Position numbers and translations under genes: made by a program. A stretch of DNA of 63,591 bases, the filler included, from Octopus bimaculoides (taxonomy: Eukaryota), in the NCBI RefSeq assembly GCF_001194135.2. It is 10 parts of 9 records of this genome, joined end to end, with 100 filler letters (N's around TTAATTAATTAA, not from the genome) between each part and the next. Parts side by side here need not be neighbours in the genome. Positions count along the whole stretch, not along the records: positions 11,614 to 18,783 come from NC_068992.1; positions 18,884 to 24,185 come from NC_068992.1; positions 24,286 to 29,426 come from NC_069000.1; 7 more parts are not named here. One strand, 5' to 3'. This document shows, one piece after another, positions 12,455 through 24,831 of this stretch. The notes beneath the pieces were generated by a model that searched no databases, had not been told where the DNA came from, and saw nothing but the letters and a program-made list of their open reading frames with translations. The first letter of the stretch is position 1; each line of letters opens with the position of its first letter.

Positions 12455-12496
<42 letters not shown>

Positions 12497-14089
12497 TAGT
12501 ATATGTATGATATGCATTCATTCAATGATTGCAGTACTATAAATATTCGCAAATAATTCAATATTCAATATATTTCGTTTTAATAGATGAATTCCACTGT
12601 GACGTTACCTAATTTGATACAGATTTCCTTAATCAAGTTATTTTCAGTTCCAAATAACAAATGTACTCTCTAGCATGAGTGTGTATGTGAGTAGGTACGT
12701 TTATNNNNNNNNNNNNNNNNNNNNNNNNNNNNNNNNNNNNNNNNNNNNNNNNNNNNNNNNNNNNNNNNNNNNNNNNNNNNNNNNNNNNNTATATATACAT
12801 ATATACATACATACATGCGTGTGTGTGTGTGTGTGTGCGTGCGTGTTTAGCAACAACAGACAAAATTCATAGCGGCATTTTGTCTGGTGTTTTACTTCCT
12901 GAGTTCAAATGCAGTCGAGGTCATCTTAGCCTTTCATCTGTCAGAGGATCGACAACAAAGCTATAAATTAAACCAATGTTTAAAAGCACTGGCCTTGTCT
13001 CAAGTTCTGAGGCCATTATATATGATCAAGTATAGAAAAAAAGACCAAAACAATACTAAGTTGTTTCGTATGTTATTTAACATATCCATATTAGTTTGTA
13101 AATCATATGTGTTTGTATGTTTCTGTTTATATCTTTATACATACATATATGCGTGTATGCAAGCCGAGTACACGAACAGAGCTTTGTGATATAATAGTGT
13201 AAACATATTAGTTATTGTCAAACTGAAATAATCTTTAACGAAGTAAGTTCCATACTTTTTTTTGACTCTCAGTATCAATGACATTTTTTCTTTGGTTGAT
13301 GTTAAAGAGACCATATTCTTTAGAATGAATTAAGTACCACTGGGGAAATTACTACGGTTCCTCAAAGAATAAATTAATGCGTGAAAGAATAAATGTAAAA
13401 ATCATTAGAAAATTAAATCTCTGGCGAAAATGGTTATAAAAAAAGCATTAAACCTCAATAGAGTTGTCATTTATTCGTAGTCTAAGTGGGTTCATAATTG
13501 AAAATATTAATTAAATAACGGGTAAAAAAGAGAGAAGATTGACATGTAGAGAACAGATTTATAGTTGTTCTTAAGTTAAATTTAATTAAAAATATAGCAA
13601 TTATGCTCAGTGTGTCTTTTCATGTTTTAGTGTTGGAACTCTCTGTGTTTATCAATGGTTTGCGGTGGGTATACATATATGTGTGCATTTGTATGTTCTA
13701 TACACTTTTTATTTATTTATTTATTCATTTATTTTATTTATTGTTTGACTCTTCTTGGTCTGTGATTGGTGGTGGTTTATTATTGCTCAAATGATCGATT
13801 TAAATCTTTAAACATTCCAATTAAATGATTTTGATGAGAATGTAAAAGCATTGCTTTCCAGATATCGTTATGTGGCAGCTAAGTAGAAATAAAAATAAAT
13901 AAATGAAATAAATAAAAATAGAAGCGTTTTAATCCAGTGCTATGAAATCAGACGTAAAATTTCTCGGAATATTTCTTAATTCATATCTCTCGCAATTATG
14001 GGGGAATTCAAAAATAGAATTATAGGTCAATTGATTCAGGGTCATGGATGGATCGCCTGGAATTCTGGGATCGAATATTAATAGTAGTG

Positions 14090-14116
14090 TTGCCGCTATT
14101 ATTATTATTATTATTA

Positions 14117-14178
<62 letters not shown>

Positions 14179-14282
14179 TTTATTATTGGTATCATTATTA
14201 TTATCTCTGGGGTCGGTGTTATTGACTTTCTCCTCTCTTCAAAGTATCTGACCTTGCACCAATATTGGAAACATTATAATAA

Positions 14283-14350
<68 letters not shown>

Positions 14351-14372
14351 CATTATTATTATTATTATTATT
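14090..14372. repeat. (ATT)n microsatellites flanking a SINE 3' fragment (~14205-14265)
   Basis: Long ATT runs; the CTGGGGTCGGTGTTATTGACT...CTTGCACCAATA fragment matches the SINE tails elsewhere in the window. Confidence 0.85.
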
Positions 14373-15029
14373 GTCGTTATTGGCCAAAGCCTGGTCGACT
14401 TTTTCAAGTTCCATTTGAAACAGAAAGTGAGGGTTGGAGAGAGAAGGTTGTCCTCTTCCTCCTAGTATTTTTTGTTGAAATGCGTGTGAATGTGGCAAGA
14501 ATGGCTCGTGTAAATTGACCTATCTGAATACACGCCCGTAGGCCGGATGGGTTGAGGAAGAGATAGCTGCCTGCCTGGAGTGATCTTCGCGGTCAGGGTG
14601 ACCAGGATGTGTGGGTTTTGCTTGATTGTCTCTGGGTCGATTTCTTCCATTTTGAGGATTTTATTCATTAAGTTTTGTTGTTAATTCTTATTGCTTTAAT
14701 GTTTTTTTATACGTATTTATGTGTTAACCCCCATGTGACTGCCCTTTTGTTTTGTTTTTGGTCCTTGTGGCCAATGAAGAAAATATTATTGTTATTATGA
14801 TTATCATCATCATCATCATTGTTATTTTGGTGGTGGTGAGGTAGTAGAATCGTTGGGGGCGCCATTCGGCAAAATTGTTGGTGGCATTTCTCCTTTCTGT
14901 GTTCTAATTCCCCACAGGTCATCTCTCGCGTTCGATAAGATGAAGTACAACTTAACTAATGGGTTCCATGTAAACGACGTGTCCTCAAAATTGTTGGCCT
15001 TGAGCCAAATTTATTTCTACCACCACCAC

Positions 15030-15040
15030 CACTACTGCTG

Positions 15041-15079
<39 letters not shown>

Positions 15080-15170
15080 TAAATCGACTAACGCCCCTCC
15101 CTCGAATTTCAGGCTTTGTGCATATAGAAGAAAGTACTATTATTATTATTATTAGTAGTAGTAGAAGTAG
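15030..15170. repeat. (ACT)n/(ATT)n/(AGT)n trinucleotide microsatellites
   Basis: Read directly from the sequence. Confidence 0.85.
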
Positions 15171-15519
15171 TGGTGTTAGTTTTATTGGTAGTAGTTTCCA
15201 TCGATTAATCTTTTGATATTTAATCTTAAGGATTCAGTGAGATGAACTACTCACTCAAGTTCATTATTTCGTTCGTAAAGTGGGAGGAATTTTTCCTTCA
15301 CATAAATTCCATTCAGTTATCTTTTCATTTGCATCGTTTAGTGCTGGTGCAGTGAATCTTATACACACAATTTCCATTTACTGCTAAGATGTGCTTGAAT
15401 CCCGTTATTAGGAAAACGTATAAATGCTTTTAAGAGAACGTCGATGACTATGGCTCCATAATCAAGCTAATACAATAAATATAAATTTTATATTTCGCTA
15501 CAGAAATAATCTTTTCTTC

Positions 15520-15722
15520 TTTAGGCACAAGGCCCGAAATTTTGGTGTAGGAGCCAGTCGATTAGATCGACACCACTATGCAACTGGTACTTAATTTATC
15601 AGCCCCGAAATGATGAAAGGCAAAGTCGACCTCGGCCGAATTTGAACTCCGAACGTAAAGACAGCCGAAATACTGTTGAGTATTTCGCCCGGCATGCTAA
15701 CGTTTCTGCCAGCTCACCGCCT
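15520..15722 (-). mobile_element. tRNA-derived SINE, family A (head GGCGGTGAGCTGGCAGAAACGTTAGC)
   Basis: The reverse strand shows A-box-like GGTGAGCTGGCAGAA and B-box-like GGAGTTCAAATTC motifs. Many homologous copies occur in the window. tRNA-derived SINE families (OK/OR1/OR2) are described in octopus; I have not verified which one this is. Confidence 0.85.
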
Positions 15723-15744
15723 TTCGCTACAGAAATAATCTTTT

Positions 15745-15945
15745 CTACTCTATGCTCCAGGTCCGAAGTTTTGAGGGAGGGAGCCAGTCGATTAGATCGA
15801 CCTCAGTACGCAACTCGTACTTAATTTATCAGCCCCTAAATGATGAAAAGCAAAGTCGACCTTGGCGGAATTTGAACTCAGAAAACAGACGAAATACCGC
15901 TAAGCATTTCACCCAGCGTGTTAACGTTTCTGCCAGCTCACCGCT
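15745..15945 (-). mobile_element. tRNA-derived SINE, family A (tandem second copy)
   Basis: Homologous to 15520-15722 along its length, with scattered substitutions. Confidence 0.85.
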
Positions 15946-16035
15946 ACAGAAATAATAAAGAAACAATAATACTGAGCTTGTCGTACACCAAAACTTAGGC
16001 CGTTTAGTTACATACAGTATGAGTCGAATTGTTAA

Positions 16036-16435
16036 ACAGGCGCAGGTGTGTCTGTGTGGTGAAATGATTGCTTCCCCAAAACATGATTCCGTGTTCAGTC
16101 CAATTGCATGGCACCTAGGGAAAATTGTCTTCTGCTATAGCCTCTTACCCACCAAAGCCTTGTCAGTGGATTTGTTATATGGAAACCGAAAGAAGCCCGA
16201 AGTATATCTGTGTGTGTATGTGTGTGTGTGTGTGTCTCTGAGTGTATGTGAGCGTGCGTTTCATTGTGTTACCGTAACATTGCGGTTAAGCAAAAGAGGT
16301 CGAGAAAATAAGTATGAGGCTTGAAAAAGAAAGTAAATACTGGGCTTGATTCCATGGACAAAAATTTCTTCGAGGCAGTGCCCCAGCATGGCCGCAGCCT
16401 AATGACTGAAACAAATAAAAGAAAACAGTATAAGT
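16036..16435 (+). mobile_element. tRNA-derived SINE, family B (AGGCGCAGG..GTGTGG head, internal (TG)n, CAGCATGGCCGCAG..TGACTGAAAC tail)
   Basis: The head matches 50905-51035 and 60585-60670(-). The tail matches 43310-43445, 55300-55450 and 62520-62560. Confidence 0.75.
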
Positions 16436-17049
16436 ACTTATTTGATGTGAGTTTCGTAACTATATGGACTAAAGGTAATCTCTCTATAAATCGATTCATT
16501 ATATAGTTAATATAGACGTTTGTATTTGTAGATGCTATTTCTGGATCCGCTCAACTTCTCGTATTTTTCAAATGTAAAACAGTTATGATGCATATCACTC
16601 CGTGGAGAGTCACTAATAATTTAAGCCATACTAGTTACTGTCTCTATGTAATATCGTTTTTCCAGGCCATTGTAGATCAAAGAGTTCTACTTCTCTACAT
16701 TGGATATATTTCTAGATAAAATTCCGATTATCATCATCCGTATCGATTACCAATTATTAGACGAAATATGTAAACACATAAAACATGGTTCTCTTATCTA
16801 ATAGTTAGCAAAAGACTTCTGCGTAATCGATTTATTTACATAATATTACTTCCAAACGTTCTTAATATATCCACACTACTTCTGTAATGTTTATTATACT
16901 TTTGTAATATTTATTATATTAGATGCCGTCTGAAGATGGAGAAATGGCTGAATCGTAAGCCTGCCGTTGAAAGTGTTTCGCGGCATTTCTTCCATCTTTA
17001 CACTTTGATTTGAAATGACTGTGAGGTCGACTTTGCTATTCATCCTCTC

Positions 17050-17260
17050 AGGGTAGATTAAGTAAGTACAAATAATAAATACGTATATGCATATATACGT
17101 ACATGTATGTACATACCTACATCTACATGTACATATAGATGCATATCTGGGTACAGGACGTTGCAAAAAAAACGTGGACAACATGATAAACAGAGTACAG
17201 AAAACACACAGGCCACATAGAGAACAATTCCTTCATCAGCTGCCACCATTCTAAAACTAA
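17050..17260. mobile_element. Short dispersed repeat, homologous to 23676-24055
   Basis: TACGTATATGCATATATACGTAC..GTATGT.CATACC.ACATC.AC is the reverse complement of 23955-24050. The AGAGAAC.A.CCTTCATCAG block is shared with 23780-23800. Confidence 0.75.
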
Positions 17261-18289
17261 GTGTTTCGAACCAGGTGAAGTCTGGGGTCGATGTGACTAC
17301 TACCCATTAAACTGCTAGCTCTGTGCCTCTAGTAGACAATTATATTAGAGGAGATATTTAGTGAATGATGTGATGAATACGAGGCTGTGTGGCTGCGAGA
17401 TTCACTCTCCAATCATGAGATTATGTGTTCACTCTAACTGCTGAGCTCACCATTAATTTGTGAGTAAAGAATGACAGAAGGAAACTGTCCGAAAACACAT
17501 ATCTTTTATATTTTACTTGTTCTTATCCTTCATTTGTTTAATCCTTTTATCCTCTACTTCTTTCAGTCATTAGACAGCAGCCATGATCGACTAGACATAT
17601 AACTAAAGCGGTTCCCACCATAAGCATCGGGTCTTATTTTAAAGGGTTACTTTCAGATTTGCTTCTATATTTAGCAAGATGATTGACGTCCAACTGGCCT
17701 CCTCGTTGGCCCATATCTTATCATATGTACAAATATTAGGTCATTTGCATATTTGTGTGAAGTGGCTGGAATGTCAGAGTGTCGTGTAGACTGCTTCGTG
17801 GTATTTATTCCAACTCTGAGTACATGTTACCTCCGAGTTCTATCTTGGATTTCACCCCTTTCGGGGACTATAGTAATTTAATAATCCATGTAGGTTGATT
17901 GAAGCAAACATAATAACCTCGTATCGGCTACTATATAGTATTTTTTCCGACACTTTGCATTCTGAATGAAAATGCCCTCACGGCCTACTTGTGTGGAAGA
18001 CTTAAACACTGTCCGGTATGACACCTTACTTATTATGATGGAGTCTTTTCTGTTCAAAGCATCCGAGTCAAGTTGTTTGTCATGGCTTGCAGCCTTCAGT
18101 TCTGGCTAAAATATAGCAAAAGCATGTTTCCAGTCATCTCACACCTTATGTCTACACACACACGCAAACATGCGCACACACACATACACATACATACACA
18201 TGCACGCACACACTCACACACATATGCACGCTCAAGCGCGCACACACTCACATATACATACAAACAAAAACACGCACATGCATTTATGG

Positions 18290-18575
18290 ATTGGCGGTTA
18301 GAGTATTCCGCTCATTGTCGAAAGGTCGTGAGTTTGGTTCCTGGCGAAAGATTCTCGTTGAGTGATATGTTTTAGTTCACATTACTGCAGTCCACTCAAA
18401 CGGCAAAACTGAGTAGTACCTGTAATTCAAAGGGCCAGCTTTGTCACATTCCTTGTCATGCTGAAAGTCCCTGAGAACCACGTTAAGGGTATGCGTATCT
18501 GAGGAGTGCTCAGCGACTTGATCGTAAATTTTTCCTGAGCAGGTTGTTCCATTGAACACTCAAGGTGTCGTCGTG
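18290..18575 (+). mobile_element. tRNA-derived SINE, family C
   Basis: GGTTAGAGTATTCCGCTC..GGTCGTGAGTTTGGTTCCTGG head. The body GTACCTGTA.TTCAAAGGGCCAGC.TTGTCACA is shared with 49627-49935. Confidence 0.75.
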
Positions 18576-18739
18576 AAAGAAGAAATTTTTTTTCCTACGA
18601 CATATACAACACCCACCAGCATATTTTGCGCCCGAACCTACCTAGATGTGTTCAGAATAATTATAAAATTCTAATACTCGTACTTCAAGTCGCTCTATAC
18701 GATTATAGGCGCGTTCGCACACACACATAGAAATATATG

Positions 18740-18783
<44 letters not shown>

Positions 18784-18883
18784 NNNNNNNNNNNNNNNNN
18801 NNNNNNNNNNNNNNNNNNNNNNNNNNNTTAATTAATTAANNNNNNNNNNNNNNNNNNNNNNNNNNNNNNNNNNNNNNNNNNNN

Positions 18884-18949
<66 letters not shown>

Positions 18950-21436
18950 GCATATATGTGTATATGTGCGTCTATGTATATATCTCTGCGTTTGTACATA
19001 TATGTATATATATGTATATATATATATATATATATTAATAGCAAAGCTTCATCGATAGGGTATTCGTTATTAAGCAGCTTTGATGATTCCGTCTTTTCAT
19101 TTGGAAACCGTTACCATTTAACAGAAAATTCTTCCATTGTAATGCAACAACTATTTTATTTTCTAATTGCGTCTATAAATGGATTGCCTTCCTCTGCTGC
19201 TGTTTGGTTTGGCTGACGGCCAATAACTTTGGTGATTTTTGTTTTTTATTTTAACCACAACTCATTCAATCGTTCACAGTCTTTTGTTTACTCTATCCTT
19301 TGGCGTCGGTATTTTTACAGAAGCTCCAAGTTGTACTTATAATAATGAATATAATTTGCAAATCGTGCAATCATTTAACCGATTAATCAATCAATAAATA
19401 GTCGAACGAATAGTATTTTATTAACAGTATCTAAATATAGAATTAGATACGGTTTGAAGCGTAGAACATGATTTTTAATACGAATTATTTTGCATAGAAT
19501 GTTCGTATTGAAAGGCACGCACGCAAAAGAAACCTGCACATACAAAAATACAGCTGCACACACATATGTGCGAACTCGTACACATATGCATACAAATATA
19601 CACACAAGCAATCATTCATATGAGGCTATCTCTAAATGTTTAATCCTATTTCCAAGCAGAGTTAAAGTATGTATTGTATATTTTACTCTGCTTTGCTTTT
19701 TGGAAAACACAATATGAAATGAAGCTTCAGCTTAGTCAACATATCATTATAATAATTTCCCCAACCCGCGAATCAAATGATTCGGCCATGGTCTGTTCTG
19801 AAAAGTATTTCTAATTTCCTCATGATTTATTTCTAGCTAACCGCTGCTTCTTGAACACTGTACACTTTAATATTTGAATAATTTAATGGTTATAGTTACA
19901 ACAGAACATTATAATGAAATTTATATATGCGCTTTTATGTACACTTTTCGAAGAATTGACCATGAAAGGATGTGCTTTAGTGAAGTGCATGTTCAGTACT
20001 CCTTATACATTGTAAAGTATAGTTGCAAAATATGTTAGAATAAAAAGGAAGAAAACCCACGACCCGTTATAATATAGCGATTTCCATATTTGTTAAAAAT
20101 TATTGCATTCATAGATGAAGTTCCTCTGTATGATCAACATTCGAACAGTATTATTTGACTAGCCGTACTAATATCATCACATCATATCGCGCTTGCTTGC
20201 TAGATTTTGGAATTGCTCCAGGTGCAGTTTCGCGTATTTTAAACTTAAGATCCTATTAACTTGAAGTGTTACATTTATTAACAACCCATGCATATATCAG
20301 ATCCAAGCTGTCCCCTATATTTGTTCACATATGTAAAATGTTCACGTGCGAATAACATGGTCATGGGCCTGCAGAATTTTCTGTTCTACTCCTGATTTTG
20401 CATTACAGGGACCACTTTGCACATAATATTTATATTAATATATTGAATGAAAAGCCCCTTCGCTGTGAATATGATTGGAAACTGATGTAATTATATAATT
20501 GAATCTGTTATACCTTGTATCACTCATACATAAAATGCCTCAGTTAACGGTCAAGATGTTAATTAACGTATTCAGGACGTTCTTCCTAAAAAGAACTTCA
20601 TACATCCACAAATGATCGAAACGTGCTATATATGGAGAACTATCCGCAATGTTTAACATCGATGTGATTACATTACGCTTTGATTGTGTTCATAGACGTG
20701 TGAAAGTAATATTGCTGATTGATCTTGCCACTCTCAATCCCGTACGTACACATACAGGCGCAATAACAGACACAGAAACCCACTAACACACACACACACA
20801 CACACAATTACCCTCATATACACGCGCAAATTCACATACGAATTAGCACAAAATATAAACACACAAAACAATCAAACACGCACAGTCTCACACACACAAG
20901 CTCTTAGAACAAAATATAGGAAATGACTTGAATTACGCCATTATATATCTCTATTTTATTACTTATCTGGGGCTTGATTGTGGACACGTTTATTCACAAC
21001 ACATACGGGTGTAACGCGGTGGTATAATTGATATTCTGAAATAAAAACACGGAAACTTTTATAGAATTCAGAAGACTGAAAACTAAATATATCTCTGATT
21101 CCAGTATTAAAGAGTAATAAGTGTTAGATACGAGGATCATTGGAAATTCTTTTTTCCAATTTATGATAATTTGGATATTTATTTAGAAGAGAAGTGTGAA
21201 GCATGTAACCTAAATACATAGTTAAGAAATACATGTAATAATACTTAAGAAATATATGAAAAAAAGCAGAAATCTGAAATGTGAAAAGACGGGCTGAAAT
21301 GTGAAAAGACGGGCTGAAATGTGAAAAGACAGGAATAAGATTAAATCTCTAACATAAAGAATAATTATCATGGACCGTGATTTATTATTTAGTTTTATAT
21401 ACCCTTTCGAAAAACTATCATTATTATTATTTTTCA

Positions 21437-21509
21437 GGTTACTGCCTGGAATCGAACTCGGAATCCTGGGGTTAGTAGCCCGCGCTCTTAACCACTGCGC
21501 CATATGCCC
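21437..21509 (-). ncRNA. tRNA-like module (SINE-type head), not a canonical tRNA
   Basis: GGGCATATGGCGCAGTGGTTAAGAGCGCGGGCTACTAACCCCAGGATTCCGAGTTCGATTCCAGGCAG has an A box (TGGCGCAGTGG) and B box (GAGTTCGATTCC). The acceptor stem does not pair properly. Confidence 0.7.
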
Positions 21510-21555
21510 AAAAAATACCTTAGGGATGAGAACCCAAGTTCGAAATTTCCCCCAA

Positions 21556-21600
21556 GACACTCGATGAAGGCTGGAGGGTATATTAACCGAAACGTCTTAA
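21556..21600 (+). ncRNA. Degenerate minimal type-I hammerhead ribozyme motif (PLE type)
   Basis: GACAC-TCGATGA-A-GGCTG-gagggtatat-TAACC-GAAAC-GTC resembles CUGAUGA / stem II / GAAAC followed by a palindromic ACGU stem III. It has core and stem mismatches. Confidence 0.55.
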
Positions 21601-22296
21601 CAGCAAACAAGATGAAGACAAATATCCGTTAACTGTAAATAATGTAAATAATGTACATTATTCCTCATCTCTTAAATGTTCCTAGTAAATTGTGCAGTAG
21701 TCCACACAAATCAGTGTTTTAGTTTGGTGTTTCTGTCAACCTGAGTTGCTATTATATATCCTTGAGATCTGAACAAAATGACAGGAGAAGTGACCAGTAC
21801 AAACTGCAATACATATAAGCTGAAAATGAAATTGCAAACCGCATTAGAAATAAACTATTCCTTGATTTTTATTACTGAGAAACTATACCCTACACGTGGC
21901 AGATGAACGACTACTTACATTCCACCTAAAAATGGTGGTACAGCCAAAATCGGTCTGTTTATCGCCTTCATAATTTTATATAGAACTTGTGTAGTCTATG
22001 GAACTCAATTGTCTACGAGTGGGAAATAAAATGACGCATCTCCGTGTAATATTTCAGAATGGTTCAGTAAATAACAGAAGCTACTTTTGTGTTTCTAGAG
22101 GAAAGGGTTCGGATAGACCGAATAGTTTTTTTCTTTAAATGAATTGACCTGTGTATTTAGCCATTAATATTTCACCAAGCGAGTGGATATCAGTGTACGT
22201 CCGCCAATTTCCTTACGCTTGACATATTTATATTCCAGTGAGAGTTGGTCAGTAAATTCCCATAAGATATTTATTATGGAATCTTCTCGAATCAAG

Positions 22297-23037
22297 TCAT
22301 TTTCCTTTATTTTTCTTTCCAAAATGTTTGATTAATAATCTCAAGGTTCTAATAATTGATGGTTTAATGTTTTGATTTAATATAGCAGCAACGCTAGTAT
22401 TTCTTTCGTATCTTCTAATCACTCTGCTCACTGACTGAAATTCCTCTACCTCACTTGGTATTTTTCTCTGGAATAAATTTATAACTTTCTGAGAAGCAGC
22501 ATCAGTAACATTTATTGATTGCCCTCTCATGTCTCTGTAAATTGCCGATTAGTTTCCATTAAATGTCTTGATAATCTTTCTTTCAGCTACACTCTTCTCA
22601 TAGAGGAATTTTTCACTGAGAGTGTTAGTACGTTTTTTAATGTAATTCTTAATGAAATGTTCTCTTACAGTCTGTAAACGTAGGTTCTCTTTTATTTTTT
22701 CATTCTTTCTTTGAGGGGAGTTTAATTATTCGTCTGTTTGAATGTGATAAGCAAGGACATTCAACTGATTCTACTCTGATGATCAGCAAGAATATTTGCT
22801 ATTTGCAAATCCACCGGGGCAGTTTTTTATAATTATTTTGCTTTTCTTTAATTCATTTCTATCTCAAGGGTGTTAATTTGTGATTGCTAAAGAGTGTGTT
22901 AACAGGCGTTAATTTGCCTAAATGAATTGGACATAATCTGCATATTCTCCCTCGATTTCATCGTACAAATTAGACGTTTTTGTTTCCCTTTTTTGTTAGA
23001 CATGTTCTGGTTTCCGGAATAGGGAGTAATAAAAATG
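22297..23037 (-). pseudogene. Decayed unidentified ORF, probably of transposable-element origin
   Basis: Starts MSNKKGKQK.., has several stops and frameshifts, then ~135 codons with one stop: KIKENLRLQTVREHFIKNYIKKRTNTLSEKFLYEKSVAERKIIKTFNGN*SAIYRDMRGQSIN...KHFGKKNKGK*. The composition is non-repetitive. Confidence 0.45.
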
Positions 23038-23619
23038 AAATATTTCTTTAAAAGAATTCCCGAGTAGTATTACACTTTAATTGTTTATACTCAGAAGTAT
23101 TCCACATCGTGGAATACATATATTTCTTGGTGGTGTTGTTATGGACCTCGTCAGACTGCTGTAGACAGTCGATCGATATGAATGAAACGATATAATAGCA
23201 GTCAGCTTGTATGTTGATCAGCGAAGTGTATTATCTTATTATTGAGCGTATATCTTGAACTGAAATGTTCAGAAATCATATNNNNNNNNNNNNNNNNNNN
23301 NNNNNNNNNNNNNNNNNNNNNNNNNNNNNNNNNNNNNNNNNNNNNNNNNNNNNNNNNNNNNNNNNNNNNNNNNNNNNNNNNNNNNNNNNNNNNNNNNNNN
23401 NNNNNNNNNNNNNNNNNNNNNNNNNNNNNNNNNNNNNNNNNNNNNNNNNNNNNNNNNNNNNNNNNNNNNNNNNNNNNNNNNNNNNNNNNNNNNNNNNNNN
23501 NNNNNNNNNNNNNNNNNNNNNNNNNNNNNNNNNNNNNNNNNNNNNNNNNNNNNNNNNNNNNNNNNNNNNNNNNNNNNNNNNNNNNNNNNNNNNNTATATA
23601 TATATGCGCGTGTGTGTGC

Positions 23620-23654
<35 letters not shown>

Positions 23655-23675
23655 GTGTGTGTGTGTGTATAAATG

Positions 23676-24048
23676 CATTTACGAGTGCAGGACGTCAGCA
23701 AGTGTATAAACAACATGAAATGCAAAAACAAACGGGTTAAATACGCAAACAATGAGAGAAAAAATGGAAAAGTAAACACAGAGAACGAACCTTCATCAGT
23801 TAACGGCTTTCTATCTACTCCTCATTTCGAGCATTCACTGAATCTTCAAAGACAGTTGCTCCCATAAATTCCAAAATAAAATTGGGAACAAAAACAGGAC
23901 AGTGGAGACACACTAGGAACCCAAACGAAAACAAACATGGAGGGTCGTTTTGTTTGCAATGTCTTGTACCCGATATGCACCTATACATACAGGTGGATGT
24001 CGGTATGCACATACCTGTACGTATATATGCATATACTCATTTACTATT

Positions 24049-24055
<7 letters not shown>
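23676..24055. mobile_element. Short element with internal inverted repeats, flanked by (TG)n and (TA)n; probable non-autonomous PLE end
   Basis: TGCATTTACGAGTGCAGGACGTCAGCAA (23676) is a diverged inverse of TTGCAATGTCTTGTACCCGATATGCA (~23953). An HHR-like remnant lies on the minus strand at ~23826-23855. Confidence 0.6.
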
Positions 24056-24093
<38 letters not shown>

Positions 24094-24123
24094 AACATAT
24101 ACAAATATACATACATATTTATA

Positions 24124-24161
<38 letters not shown>

Positions 24162-24285
24162 AAGTGAAGTATATTGCCACTTAAGNNNNNNNNNNNNNNN
24201 NNNNNNNNNNNNNNNNNNNNNNNNNNNNNTTAATTAATTAANNNNNNNNNNNNNNNNNNNNNNNNNNNNNNNNNNNNNNNNNNNN

Positions 24286-24672
24286 CAAAGGCTTTCTCCA
24301 TGTCAACGAAGGTCAGGTACAGAGGTTTATCCTTGGCTAGATATTTCTCCTGCAGCTGTCTCACTAGAAATATGGCATCAGTGGTGCTTTTACCTGGCAC
24401 AAACCCAAACTGCATCTCATCTAAATTGATTTGCTCCCTAATTAGTTGGGCTATGACCCTCTCCGTAACTTTCATAACCTGATCTAACAGCTTGATGCCT
24501 CTGTAATTATTAGTGTCTAAAGCGTCACCTTTACCTTTGTAGCAATTTACTATGGTGCTGCTACACCAGTCATTGGGTATGACTCCTTCGTGTATCACCT
24601 GGTTCGTAATACGGGTGACTAGGCTGTAGCCAACACTGCCAGATATTTTGAGCATCTCTGCAGTGATTCCTG
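24286..24672 (-). mobile_element. RTE-clade LINE reverse transcriptase fragment (open frame, cut by a gap)
   Basis: [11 protein letters not shown]...CYKGKGDALDTNNYRGIKLLDQVMKVTERVI...QFGFVPGKSTTDAIFLVRQLQEKYLAKDKPLYLTFVDMEKAF covers non-LTR RT subdomains 0-3. Confidence 0.93.
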
Positions 24673-24798
24673 ATGGGCCGGATATATACATACATATATA
24701 TACACATACACACATATATATACATATATATATATATATGCATACATATTCATATATATACATACATATATACATACATATACATACATACACACACA

Positions 24799-24831
<33 letters not shown>

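Noticed and set aside
14419-14690. GC-richer segment with a 68 aa minus-strand ORF
   Set aside because: No splice pair or recognisable family; left unannotated.
20405-20490. NEKPLRCEY resembling a C2H2 zinc-finger linker (TGEKP)
   Set aside because: There is no second Cys, His pair or 84-nt periodicity.
21265-21335. Three copies of the 20-mer GAAATGTGAAAAGACGGGCT, superficially CRISPR-like
   Set aside because: The copies are head-to-tail with no spacers, in a eukaryotic context; this is an ordinary minisatellite.
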